From NCBI RefSeq assembly GCF_009914755.1, contig NC_060945.1: a stretch of 64,000 nucleotides of DNA. One strand, 5' to 3'. Numbering within the stretch: position 1 is the stretch's first letter; every line of letters starts with the position of its first letter. This stretch comes from the human T2T-CHM13v2.0 reference genome, Homo sapiens. Below, in pieces: positions 1-14,726 of this stretch. The notes under the pieces were generated by a model. The model saw only the letters and a list, made by a program, of their open reading frames with translations. It searched no databases and was not told where the DNA came from. The translations under genes were made by a program, and so were the position numbers.

Positions 1-99
1 TTAATAATATGCTATATTGTTTAAAAATATTAATGTTATATAATTAACATGGTGTGCATATTATTATATTGACAATACGTAATGTGATGTGATAATAAG

Positions 100-285
100 T
101 CTCACTGAGTGCCAGGCACCGCTTTGAATGCTCTAAACTCATTAGCTAATTTATTCCTCGTGATTCTATGGGGTAGATGCACTATTTCATTCCCATTTTA
201 CAGCTGAGGAAACTGAGGCAGCTAGTAACAGGTGGAGCCAAGCTTCACACTGAGATCATCTGGCCCCAGCACACTCATAAAAATG
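100..285 (-). mobile_element. MIR SINE fragment
   Basis: Core cccattttacagctgaggaaactgaggca. Confidence 0.75.
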
Positions 286-1339
286 AGCAAAAGTATAAAA
301 GCCAAAGGGAAAAGGAAGCCAAGGGGTGAAAATCCTAATTACAAACAAATCCTGGGTAAGCTGGGTTTTTAGTCCTTCCCCACATGTGAACAGCAACTAG
401 AAACCTGAACAGTGACTTTGTTTCCCCTGTCATCCATTGTTGGTGCCTGATCCTCACACAAAATCTTACGGAGCAGTATCTAGTGATTAGCTTAGCTGAA
501 TTGAGCCTGGACACCCTTCATGAGCTGGAGGACAGAGGACGTGTCGATGGAGGGTCCAACTTCAGGCATCTGTACTCGCCTGCTACAGGTGAGTGGACCT
601 ATGAACCCCCAGCCTCATCAAGCACCCGAGGGTCACCTGCCTGCTTCACCTGGAAGAGACAGCAAGGTGTGATCCCAGGAAGATCCTCTGCCAGGAGGCT
701 TACAGGCAGAAGCAGCGGCTGCTGAACATAGATGCTGTCGGCAGGACACAGGGGTGATAGGGGGTGAGCCAGTGGAGCAGGTGAAGGTGCAGACTACAGG
801 CAGCCCCCCTGAGATCCTGCCCAGACCCCAGCAGCAGCTCCCCTGTCCCTCTCTAGCAGCTTCGCTGTGCCCGAAGTGTTTGAGAACAGGTGACCCATGC
901 CCTGAGTGGCAGATGCTGTGTCTTTTTGATCCCTTCTCTCCCTCCCCCCCCACCCCCAGTGGGGTACATGGAAGGTTTGCTAAATGTTTGTTGAATGAAT
1001 AAACGAGCCCAAGTCAGAAGCAGTCTCCAAATCATTCCTCATCGCAAAAGGGTGCGGTGGAAAAACTCACAAAGCCAAGGCAGGAGGACACACTCAACTT
1101 GGAAACGGCCCGTGCCCAGCTTTGGAACAGGCACAGCCTGAGCTTCAAGGAAGTCACTTGACCAGCAGTAGCTCCCACCTTTCCTTGCAGCTAGAACAGC
1201 ATCAGACCAAGTGATCTCTAATGTGATGATTTGCTAAAGTACAATGAGTTTTACAACTAGAAAGTACCTTCCTCTCAAGACTGACTTCACTATGAGCCAC
1301 CTAATTTTTCCTCTCTCTTCTTTTGGTATTTTTGTTGCA

Positions 1340-1990
1340 AATAGTACACACAAAACAGGATATATAATCTATTTGTGCAATTTAAAGAATAAGAAGCAAA
1401 CACCTTTGCATGTACTCCCTAGTCCACAACAGTCAGCCCCAGGACCTCAGAAGCCCCTTATGCCTTTCCCCTAAAACTCTCCCCTCCCTGACAAGGTAAT
1501 TCCAATGCTGAGTTATGTGGTTTTTTTTCCTTATTTTTCTTTTCAACACATATTACGTTTCTCTGAATAATATGCTTTTTAATGTTGCCTCTTTTTAATC
1601 TTTATTTGTGGAATCATATTGTATGTAATCTGTGACTTTTTTCTACTCACATATGAGAACCATCCACACTGATACATGGCTACAGATAGACACTTGGAGT
1701 TTATTTTTCACTGCTGTATAGTACTCCATTGGTGGAGTACAATAGGTTTATGTATCCACTTTTCTGTAGATGGACACTTGGGTTGTTCTGTTTTTGCTCA
1801 TACATACCTCCTGGTGCTCAGGTACAAGGGAATACAGACCCAGGGTGAGACTGCTGGATCACAGGCTAGGCACATCTTCAGCTTTACTAGGTAACACCAA
1901 GCCAATACAAAAGTGCTTGTACAAACTCATGCTCCTGCCAGCATGGAGGACCCACTGTGCCACATAAAAACATCACTGTTATTAACTTGT
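1340..1990 (-). mobile_element. Old L1 (L1M) 3'-UTR fragment
   Basis: gctgtatagtactccatt...tatccacttttctgtagatggacacttgggttgtt is typical antisense L1 3' end. Confidence 0.65.
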
Positions 1991-2309
1991 TTTATTTGCA
2001 TATGATTATTTTTTCCCTTATCCCCAACCACTTCTCAAAGCAACTAGCCAGCATGTGCCACATAGGCAAGCACCCACTCCAATGTGATCTATATGGTTAG
2101 GTATGTATGTACCCTGGAAAACCCTGTGATGTTGCTTGAGGAGTATATAACTTTTTTATGTATGTAAGTAGCATGTGCTACAAAGCGCGTTCTGTTTTCT
2201 GTATTTTTCACTCCACTCAGTGTTTTGTAAAACATGCTCATGTTGCTCCATAGGTATCAGAGACAGGATGATGTTTTATCTTTAAGATGGGTACGCCACC
2301 CTCATTTTA

Positions 2310-2520
2310 TAGATCACAGTGATAGCTCACAATTGTTTAGTACTCAGTGGGGTCTAAATGTACTAACTCGTTTAATCTCCCACGAACCCTGCAAAACAGA
2401 TGCTTCCGTTTCATATAAAATGAGACCAAGGCACAAAGAAACTAAGGAACTTGTACAAAATCACCAAGTTAGTAAACATCAGAGCAGGATTTGAATTGAG
2501 CCAGAATGTGTTCTTATCCA
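2310..2520 (-). mobile_element. MIR SINE
   Basis: tcgtttaatctcccacgaaccct...gagaccaaggcacaaag...ggatttgaa. Confidence 0.65.
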
Positions 2521-3019
2521 CGACATGAAACTGGATAAGAATGCAAAGCTCAGAGAATTTTCATGACTAGCATCTCTGGGATTCACAGCTGGCGACCACG
2601 GAGCAGAACTAATATACAGATGGTTCCCCTCTCAGTCCAGTCCTCATTCCATCGGCTCCAAAATGTGTATTATTCTATATGATTAGCTGGTGAACAACAA
2701 AGGCAATTAGTTAGTCCTCTTCAGCAAATGTTAGTAAATGAAAATATTATAGAGACAGAACTCTTTTTAGGAAATGCAATCATGTGAATTTAAAAATGCT
2801 TTATCAGAAATAGAATTAATGACAAAAATATTTATAGGATCCTAAGAAAATGGATTTGCTATTTTTTTTGTCGGCTGATGATAATCATCTGGGTGCATCT
2901 TTGGTTGTGACAGCTCCACCCCTTCAGAGAGTTGGATCTTCATACACACCTAACATGCTAAGAGTAGATGTGCATGATATGGTAGTTAGTATAATTTCTG
3001 TAATAAAAAAAGTACTTGG

Positions 3020-3325
3020 TCATGCCTGTAATCCCAGCATTTTGGGAGGCTGAGGTGGGAGGATTGCTTGAGCCCAGAGTTTGAGACCAGCCTGGGCAAG
3101 ATAGTGAGACCTTGTCTCTGCAAAAAAAATAAAAATTAGCTGGGTGTAGCGGTGCACACCTGTAGTCCCAGCTACTCAGGAGGTTGAGGCAGGAAGATCG
3201 CTTGAGCCTGGGAGGCAGAGGCTGCAGTGAGCCATAATCATACCACTGCACTCCAGCCTGGGCAACAGAGCAAGACTATGTCTTAAAAAAAATAAATAAA
3301 AATAAATAATAAATAAAAAATTTTT
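3020..3325 (+). mobile_element. AluJ
   Basis: ggaggattgcttgagccc J-type diagnostics, two arms, (AATA)n tail, degenerate TSD aaaaaagtacttgg/aaaaaaggtacctgg. Confidence 0.9.
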
Positions 3326-3745
3326 AAAAAAGGTACCTGGAACGGCCTGCAAAGAAAGGGAAATCAAATTATGCTTCAAGACAGTCACTATTATCACTGA
3401 CAGAGAAGCAGCTAAAATAAACAGCCTGCTCATTTTGTTTGTAAATGAATTGCCACAATTCTTGCACTATTTAAATCAAGAATATTTTATATTCCATAGT
3501 TTTCAACCACCCCTCCTTTTTTTATTGTTTCCAGCTCCTTAAACATATAAAAGGATAAAAGCCATTTGTTCTGGCAGAAAAGAGTCATCATAAATTTTGC
3601 AGAGTGAATTTCTCTAAGATGAAAGGAATGTTCCTCTCCTCCAGGACAGCCTACGGACAGGACTGTGATGACACAGAGTCTTCACGGGAATCACACCTGC
3701 AGTGTTAAGCCACTTCTGTGGAAAACTCAAGTCCTTCTCAGATAA

Positions 3746-4238
<493 letters not shown>

Positions 4239-4631
4239 TCAAAAACTCCCATATCAGGCATTTTAATGAATCAGTGGAAGAAAATTATCCTCCCAACTTT
4301 GTTGTCAAGAACCCCAATTTCATATGCAGAAAAAAGAATTACAAAAATAATTATTCGAATTCTAATTGGTGGGATTTTGATAGGTTTATAAAGGAAATAA
4401 ATATCTTTAACACAATTCTACCTCGCAGCCAACATCAGCTATTAGCAACCACACTTCTTATTGCCAGTTCATCTCTCCAAACACACAGAAGCCATGTGAG
4501 TTGAAATTTATTTTTTAAAAACTCTCAGTTATGATTTCTCAAAATTATATTTCATATATTGACATCAACCAATATGATGATGATATTATATATTGACATT
4601 AACCAATACGATCAACCAATATGATGATAAT

Positions 4632-5657
4632 TGTAGGGAAAAGAAAGAGAGATCTGACTGTTACTGTGTCTATGTAGAAAGGAAAGACATAAGAGACTCC
4701 ATTTTGAAAAAGACCTGTACTTTAAACAATTGCTTTGCTGAGATGTTGTTAATTTGTAGCTTTGCCCCAACCACTTTGCCCTAGCCACTTTGACCCAACC
4801 TGGAGCTCACAAAAACATGTGTTGTATAAAATCAATGTGTAAGGGATCTAGGGCTGTGCAGGACGTGCCTTGTTAACATGTTTACAAGCAGTATACTTGG
4901 TAAAAGTCATCGCCATTCTCTAGCCTCAATAAACCAGGGGCACAATGCACTGCGGAAAGCCGCAGGGACCTCTGCCCTTGAAAGCGGGGTATTGTCCAAG
5001 GTTTCTCCCATGTGATAGTCTGAAATATGGCCTCGTGGGATGAGAAAGACCTGACTGTCCCCCAGCCCGACACCCGTAAAGGGTCTGTGCTGAGGTGGAT
5101 TAGTAAAAGAGGAAAGCCTCTTGCAGTTGAGATAGAGGAAGGCCACTGTCTCCTGTCTGCCCCTGGGAACTGAATGTCTCAGTATAAAACCCAATTGTAC
5201 ATTTGTTCAATTCTGAGATGAGAGAAAAACCGCCCTATGGTGGAAGGTGAGACATGTTTACAGCAATGCTGCTTTGTTATTCTTTACTCCGCTGAGATGT
5301 TTGGGTGGAGAGAAACATACATCTGGCCTATGTGCACATCCAGGCATAGTACCTTCCCTTGAACTTAATTATGACATAGATTCTTTTGCTCACATGTTTT
5401 TTGCTGACCTTCTCCTTATTATCACCCTGCTCTCCTACTACATTCCTTTTTGCTAAAATAATGAAAATAATAATCAATTAAAACCGAGGGAACTCAGAGG
5501 CCGGTGCCGGTGCAGGTCCTTGGTATGCTGAGCGCCGGTCCCCTGAGCCCACTGTTGTTTCTCTATACTTTGTCTCTGTGTCTTATTTCTTTTCTCAGTC
5601 TCTCGTCCCACCTGACTAGAAATACCCACAGTTGTGGAGGGGAAGGTCACCCCTTCA
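4632..5657 (+). mobile_element. Solo HERV-K(HML-2) LTR, LTR5A-like, 1026 bp
   Basis: TG...CA termini (tgtagggaaaagaaagagagatc...caccccttca); perfect 6-bp TSD gataat at 4626-4631 and 5658-5663; TATAAAA at 5183; ATTAAA at 5477. Confidence 0.93.
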
Positions 5658-7063
5658 GATAATAAGATAAATCAGAGCCGAAAACATAGTTCATTCCTGA
5701 AATCAAATATAGAACGTTTCTACCAACACACATTTTCAAAGATGGTGTTTTCAGGTTTGTATGGGATTGTTTCACCTTTATGAATTAGCTTTTTAAAACC
5801 TGTAATACTTTCTTGCTGACTTCATCATTTCCTTCTGGTTGCCTGGAGGGGTGGTGTGGAATGCTAATAAAATGAATTTCAGTTGCCGTCCCTCACAATC
5901 TGAACTATAGAAGATATTTATTGTCTCAACTTCCCTATGAGCTTTTCTTTGCATCATGCAGCTTCATGGTCAGCAGACACTAAAAATTAAAGAAAGTCTT
6001 TCTCCCACTTTACTTGTGTAGCACAGACACACTGATCAAATATGTTCCCAGCACTTCCGAAGAAACCTTATCACATCCACAAGAGATTTCCTACTTGCAC
6101 TTTTTTTGATAAACACAACCATCATAGCCCAACAAAACATCACACAGAAATCAAATTATAGTGTCCCCATAAGCATCTGCTCCTCTATGGCCTTGGGCAA
6201 AATTTAGAATCCTCGACATCCCTAGAGTTACCACAATCTCTGAAAGTGAAGGAGCACCCACAAAGCTCAAGGAATGCATTGAAACTCTTATTACTTCCAA
6301 TTCCATTTTCAAAAAAAGTAAATGTGTGTGCATGTGAGCTGCACATGGTCCAGAATGCCTCACCAAATGTATTGTTTTAAAATGTGTGTACGTCCATGTG
6401 TAATTGTATGTGTGGGATTTTGAAAGGCTTTTTATATTTTATTCAAAAAGGTACACTTTTCAATATCACAAACTTTGCTTTCAATTATAAGCCCTTCCCA
6501 TTTTCAATTAATGTTTTAGGCAAGGAATATACATTAGTAAAACCAACCACACCACTTAGGGAAAATGAATTAGTATGGGGAAAGTGAAGAACTGGCCATG
6601 CAGTCAATTACTTTGGCCAGCATAGATATAGTTGAACTAACCAGCACAGGTGTAGACAGCCTGTTTGGATAAGGTAGCTTAAGCCCCAATTTTTTCTGCA
6701 GTCTTTATTTTTGTCAAATATATGAAAACTACCATCTCATTTCCTCCCTGTAGCTATTACCCACATGTATGTGTAGTGTCAAAATAAATGGCCAGAGTCC
6801 TCTCAGGGACCTCCCTTGGCACAAGTCGCACTTCCTCACCCTCTCACCTCCAGAGCCTCAGGAAGTGCAGGTCAGAAAGCAGCCAGGGCAGGTGTGAGGT
6901 GATGGAGCGCTGAGTGTCGGCGAGCCCAGATAAAACAACGTTCCAACATCGGAAATCCAATCATTCACCTACTTGTCTCCTGCTCGCTAACCCCAGGCAA
7001 GTATAAAGGAGATGGAATTATAACAGGAGTTAGAAGAATTTGGATGTGATTTCATATATTAAC

Positions 7064-7351
7064 TCAGCAAAATTTTTTCTGAAAAGGTCCAGACAGTAAA
7101 TATTTTCAGCTGGCAGGCCATATGGTCTTTGTCGAACCTACTCAACTGTGCCATTATGGAGTGAAGGCAGCCACAGATGATATAGAAATGAATGCATGGG
7201 GCTGTGTTCCAATAAAGCTTTCTTTATGGACACTGAAATGTAAATTTCATGCAATTTACATGTGTTACGAAATATGCTTCTTTTGATTTTTCAACCATTT
7301 AAAAAAGTAAAAACCATTTTCTTAGCTCCTGGGCTGTGTTGACTGACCCCT
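7064..7351 (+). mobile_element. MER58B-like hAT-Charlie MITE
   Basis: ccagacagtaaatattttcag...ggctgtgttccaataaagctt...tggacactgaaat...accatttaaaaa matches remembered MER58 consensus. Confidence 0.8.
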
Positions 7352-7436
7352 AATTAACTGATATGTGGGCTGCTATCCATGAAAACCTAGGCACAGAGGA
7401 AGGCAGAGCTGGCTTCCCAGCCAAGACGGGACTTAC

Positions 7437-7475
7437 CTTGATATGAGCTGCTGGGTCCGGGACAGTCTGAATCAT
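7437..7475 (-). CDS. ERG: First 13 codons (MIQTVPDPAAHIK) of the ERG isoform from the distal promoter; phase-0 splice to the next exon outside the window
   Basis: Minus strand ATG ATT CAG ACT GTC CCG GAC CCA GCA GCT CAT ATC AAG|gtaagt; peptide recognised as the ERG2-type N-terminus. Confidence 0.96.
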
Positions 7476-7522
7476 GTCCTTCAGTAAGCCAGCCCATCTA
7501 CCAGCTGTTCAGAACCTGACGG
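7437..7522 (-). other. ERG: ERG exon 3 (86 nt, 5'-UTR plus start codon)
   Basis: Acceptor gttccttttgtcttctag|CCGTCAGG; donor AAG|gtaagt (7431-7436 is acttac on +). Confidence 0.95.
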
Positions 7523-7979
7523 CTAGAAGACAAAAGGAACAACATACATAATAATAAACAATTGCATTTCTGTGTTTTATGTTCTAGCAGGACAGGACAC
7601 AATTCACCAATGGCAAAAGAATCATAGCTTTACATTAAACATGTTTGCCTAAAGGCATCCTCTAGGTACGTGTGGTCCATGAGGTGACTAGATAACTCAC
7701 TTCCCTTCCATTGGGAAAATCACTTACAATGAGCCCAAGAGAACCCTAGTCCGACAGGACAGAAGAATCTAGCTCAAGCTAACCCACATCACATGCAGCA
7801 TCCACACATCCTTCCACGTGGGCAGCATCTAATGAGGGATCCATTAAAGGAAGACGTGGGACTAAAACAGGGCATACTTCTCTATCATACTGAGAAAACA
7901 GGACTTTGAAATCCCACCAAAACTCTATGCGATCTGCACATCCTTTTCAGCTTCGTTATTAAGTTCTTAGTAAACAGCA

Positions 7980-8202
7980 CAGCTACCGTTCATTGAGTAC
8001 TTCAGTGCCAGTTCCTTGAGCGCTAAGGGCTCCACACACATTTTCTCATTTCATTCCAACCACGACTCTGAGAGCTGTCATTCCCATTGTCCAGCTGTGG
8101 ACGTCAAGACTCATAAAGGTTACTGATTTGTCCAGGATCACCTGGTTAATAAGCGACAGAACCAAACTTCAAATCAGATTAGGCTATCTGACTCCAGAGC
8201 CC
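7980..8202 (-). mobile_element. MIR SINE
   Basis: cattgagtact...ttgtccaggatcacctgg...tctgactccagagccc. Confidence 0.7.
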
Positions 8203-9899
8203 AAAAAAAATTTGGTTTGACTTAATTAGCCGGTATCAACCCACATTTTGAAGGGACATTTTAAAACACCGCTTAAATAAATTAAATTTAAAGATGCCTA
8301 TAATCCAGGAATTTTCCAGAAATAAATACTTCATCCAATATATTCCTTTATTCAAATTATAAAGCAGCATGTTCTGACCACTGTCTGTGCCCTCCCCTTC
8401 CACCGAGCCAGTCTCCAACCTCCCTTTGCTGTCACAGGCCCCAGGGCTGACCTCTACAGATGGGCTCAGCAGGGTGCCTTGCCTCCTGGCCACCTGTCAG
8501 GGTTGGTTGACGTGGCCCCCTCTGGAGAGCAGGGGTGAGAGGAGAGGGGTATCTCTTCCCCTCACCTTCCCACCACCGACACCTGCCGCCCAACCTCCCT
8601 GGGCGCTTGGTTATGGTTCTGACTGCAGCTGGATTCTAGGGGGACCTCTCCCGTCATGGGGCCCCTCCTTCCAGGCTCCAGCCTCCAGTACCTGGTCCCC
8701 AGCCAGTCTCTGGTGCTCTGCAGATCTCAGCCAAGCCATCAGTTCTTTTTTGGCACTAAAAATGCCTTTTTTAGTTTACATTTTTAGAAGCCATCACTTG
8801 CTTTTTATCACCTGTAGTTTTTTGTTTGTTTTCTCCTTTACGATGGCTCTTTGCAGTAACAAATGCAAAATAAAAATAAACAATATGATTACAGATCTTG
8901 AGACATTTTCGAAGGCTGTCTTTCAAATTTGCTACTGAGCGCATTACTGTAGTGACAAGTGAAAGCATTCACAGGAGTCCTCCCCACATTCACATCTGTC
9001 CTTTCTGACCTCTCACGGTACAGGCACACCCATTCCAACCCAATCGCCTCTCATGAAGAGCATCTACCTCCAGATCTGCATGCTCCACATCTGTCTTCAG
9101 TCTCCCTGGAGGCCTCCCAAGATTGGCGGAGCTTGGCTCACCAAGAAGATGACATGCTGGGAACCTTAGGCATTTTTTTTCTATAACCAAATTTCTAGGT
9201 CTTGGAAAATATGTACTTCCCCCCACCCCCACCCCCAGGCCTAAAGTCCCTCTGGGGGATGAGAGTTACTGAAAGTACAGAGGGAGTGAAGTGCAGTCCT
9301 GAAATTGAACCGGGAAGCAGATGAAGGTGACCAGGCTCCTGGTGCTCTCGTGGGAGAAGAGGCTGGGAGAGGATGGGGCCTGGCTGAAGGTTTCTGGGAG
9401 CATAGGAATCCTCAACTCCCCTTATCCTAAGAGCAGCAGGTGCCACAGGAAAACACCACTCTGCTCCTGGGGTCATTCAGCCCGGAAGGGGAGCGTCTGC
9501 AAGCCATCCTCACAAAGGGAGGGCGTCCCACTGCACAACCCTGCTCTGGGGAGCACATGGCTATTTCCGTATGTCTGGACATTCTCTCTGGACTAGTTCA
9601 CTCCGCACAGTTCCTCCCTGCCTGCACACACATGCTGACGCTCACACCAGGGACTGAAGCTCGTCCCCCTCCCCTCAAACCCAGGCTGACCTGTGGCTGC
9701 CTCTGACCTGCAGAACACAGCAGAGGGAAGGTTTCAGGAGTCCCAGGCTCAGGCCTTTATGGAAGTGGGAGCTTCCCCTTCCTGCCTCCTGAAACCAAGT
9801 CCCCATACCCTCAGCAGCACAGCACATGGCAGAGGACCGAGTGCCCAGTGGGGCAGCCAGCACCAACGCCAGGCCCGGGAGGGAGTTGTCCTGGACAGT

Positions 9900-10063
9900 C
9901 CAGAGAACTGACTCTCAGATGACCACGGCCCCTGCCGACATCAGGGAGGCAGCTTCCAGCTGAGTCCAGTCAGCCCACAGAATCATGACCAATAATAAAT
10001 GGGTTGTTGTACTAAGCTGCTAGGATTTGGGGTAGTTTATTACACACACAGGTCATTGAAACA
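9900..10063 (+). mobile_element. MLT1-family MaLR LTR 3' fragment
   Basis: cagaatcatgaccaataataaatggg...taagctgctaggatttgggg...gaaaca ending. Confidence 0.55.
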
Positions 10064-10119
10064 CCCTGTAAGTGCTCTAGAGGCACGGAGAAGATAGAGG
10101 GTAAATAGCTTGTTTCACT

Positions 10120-10639
10120 GTCACTATGGATAAGTACAAAGATGGTTCCAACACTCAACTCCTCCTGTACCCATGCTTTTTGCCACATAACTTTGTGATT
10201 CTTCCCATTAAAGAGGTAGAATTACTTCCCAACCCTTATTTTTGGGCGGCCTATATGATCTGCTTCAGCCAACAGGCAGTAGCAGAAAGACAAGTATGAC
10301 AGATCCTAGCTGAAGCCTCAGGAGGCAGGACATGTTCCCCTTTGCTTTTCTGTAACTTTCCACCAGCATGGGAACATGGCCAGATGCATGCGGGAGGATG
10401 AGAGGTACCTGAGGCAGAGTCACCCACCCCAATCACCCCACCAAGACTACGTTTGATCATCCCATAGACAACCAAAACCCCAGACATGGGAGGGAGGCAA
10501 CCAGACCAGCCGCTAGCCAAGTCCAACCAGAATGGCCAACCCACAGGCTCATGGCTGAATAAGTGCTTACTGCTTGAAGCCACTGAAATTTGGGGAATTT
10601 GTTACACAGCATTTTTGTGACAATAGATTACTGACATAC
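10120..10639 (+). mobile_element. MLT1-family (G/H-like) MaLR LTR
   Basis: aaagatggttccca...cttcccattaaagaggtaga...aagccactgaaatttgggg...tgttacacagca...ataca. Confidence 0.7.
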
Positions 10640-11450
10640 ACTTTGCAATGTACAATCAGATTACCGAGATCTTCGTTAAAATTTTTCTAGCCAGTGATAA
10701 AAGGAGACTCAAACAGGGCATTTCAAAGGAAGCCACTTCATCCCAACACAGAGACATAATATTTCCACTCACCTACGAGACATGATCTCAAACCCTAATC
10801 CTGCCCTCAAAATGGGTTTGGAAACTGAAGGATAACCAAGAAACCTCCACCAGAAGCCTCCATGGGATTCCCAGAGCCCTTCCCAGGAGCAACTGAATTC
10901 TCACTTCACATGATGCCCTGCCAGCCTCCCCTGGATTCCAAAAATCAAAACATCCTTGGATATCCAAGACCGCAGCAACATCATAGAAGTTACAGCAGCC
11001 ACTCGGTCTGTAAACAACCAAGACATAAACTAAATGAGCAACTGTTTGAGTCTCTTGTTTCTTATGGGGAAGTTTTGAGTACTCAGGTTGCATCAAGTAT
11101 AAAATGACAGGGAAGGGAATAGATAGAGATTCCAGATGCAACACAGTCCTGATCCTTGAGGGATCGAGATGGGAAACAGATCTGTTTCATACAGATATGA
11201 AGCGGTCAGTCCTGAGAGCAGGCAGTTAGTGGAGGTGCCCAGTGAGGCGTGTGGATATACCTAGAGGAAAGAGAGAGCTGATTCATGCAGAGACAAGAGG
11301 GTGCCACCAAGGAGCCTTGATGAACAAGAAGCATGAGGACTGGAGGAAAGAGGGTGAAAGGCATGAAGCAGGGAACCTAAGTTTCTCCCAGCTCTGCCAC
11401 ATTAGAGACCAAGGGCGTATGAGCTTCTCACACCGCCACCACCAGAGTGA

Positions 11451-12028
<578 letters not shown>

Positions 12029-13146
12029 CTCTCTGACTCTTTTTGCAGCCATTTGAGTGCCTGTTCTTTTTTACCATTTCAGAGGTATTTTATGGATTTT
12101 TTAAAGAGTACTTCTAATTTACTTTTGTGTTCCTAATGGTCATTTCTCAAATATGTAGTAGTTGGTAACCAAACAAACTAAAACCATACTAAAAATTTTT
12201 AGTAGTTGGTGATAGTTTCATGTCACTGTAGGAACCTTTTTATTTTCTATTTTACCTGCCTTTGAACCCTTGCAGAACTTCACTCTATGTTGATTGAAAA
12301 TCATTTCTTTAATACTTGTTTCTTGCAATAAACTCATTTGCTAAGGTATATACTTCCATATGATTTTGTGTTTCATGACCCAGCTATATTTTATTATTGG
12401 GTATCTTAAAGAAACAAAAAAGGCCTTAACAATAACAGAATTCTACTTGTGTCACTTCTTTGTTTTTGTTTTCAAAATGCCAATGTCTTACTAAATAGAA
12501 ACAAATTTGATTTGAATTACGTAAGCTCTAACCACATAAAAAAGATGGACTGGTACCCAAGGTAGAAGGGAAAATAAGCATTTTGTAATTATGGAGGCAG
12601 TATTGCAAAATGGTTAAGAGAAGGCCTAAATATTTGCAGGGCTGGTGCAAGAAAATAGATGGAAGTTTGAGACCCCTCGACCCTACCCCTCCTCTCTTCT
12701 CAAACCCAATTGTGTTCTGCGGGTTAGGGGATGCATATAGTCACGTGGACATCCCGATCCACATGGCCACACTCCATTCAGCAATGCTCCCTGCTCATCT
12801 TTCAGACCCAGGGAAACACACACAAGATCTTCCCAAGAAGATGAACTCCAGGAAACAGGCTGGTGCAGCCCAAAAGATGCTCAGTCAAGTTTGGAAAGGC
12901 ACTCTGGGTGCCCCAGCACCTGGGGCATGTCCTGGAATGCGGATGGGTTCAGCTGGGGAGGGCAGGAATGGGGCCTAGAAGGCATAGGCAGGACGCTGGG
13001 CTGGGGGCAGTGCTCGATATGAGCACAGTGCAGAGCCAGATGAGGGATGGAAATCAGATCTGCCACTTACTCCTTGGAAACCTGTAAATGATCACTTTAT
13101 CCTCCAAGAGCCTTAGTTACACATTTGCACAATGAGGATAATATTA

Positions 13147-14230
<1,084 letters not shown>

Positions 14231-14516
14231 ACATGAATAAAAATTTGTAAAACCTCCAAACGACGTTCAGCAATTCACAAAGGTGTCAGTGCAAGAGTTG
14301 GCCTGTATCTATTCTAACTGGTCAGTATGCAAGTTGAACCATTGTTTGATTATCTCCTCTGTCTACACCATCAGGCTTTTGTGAGGATTAAACTAAATTA
14401 TGCCTCAGAAAGAAAACTCTCTCAAGGCTAGGCACATAATCAACACTAAACAAGTGGTAATCATTATAATTAAGAAAGTAAAAATATTTCAAATGGACGA
14501 TTTTGATACTGTATAA

Positions 14517-14726
<210 letters not shown>

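Noticed and set aside
8387-8938. 183-aa Pro/Ser-rich ORF on +
   Set aside because: GTG start, composition follows local GC content, no recognisable domain, antisense intronic
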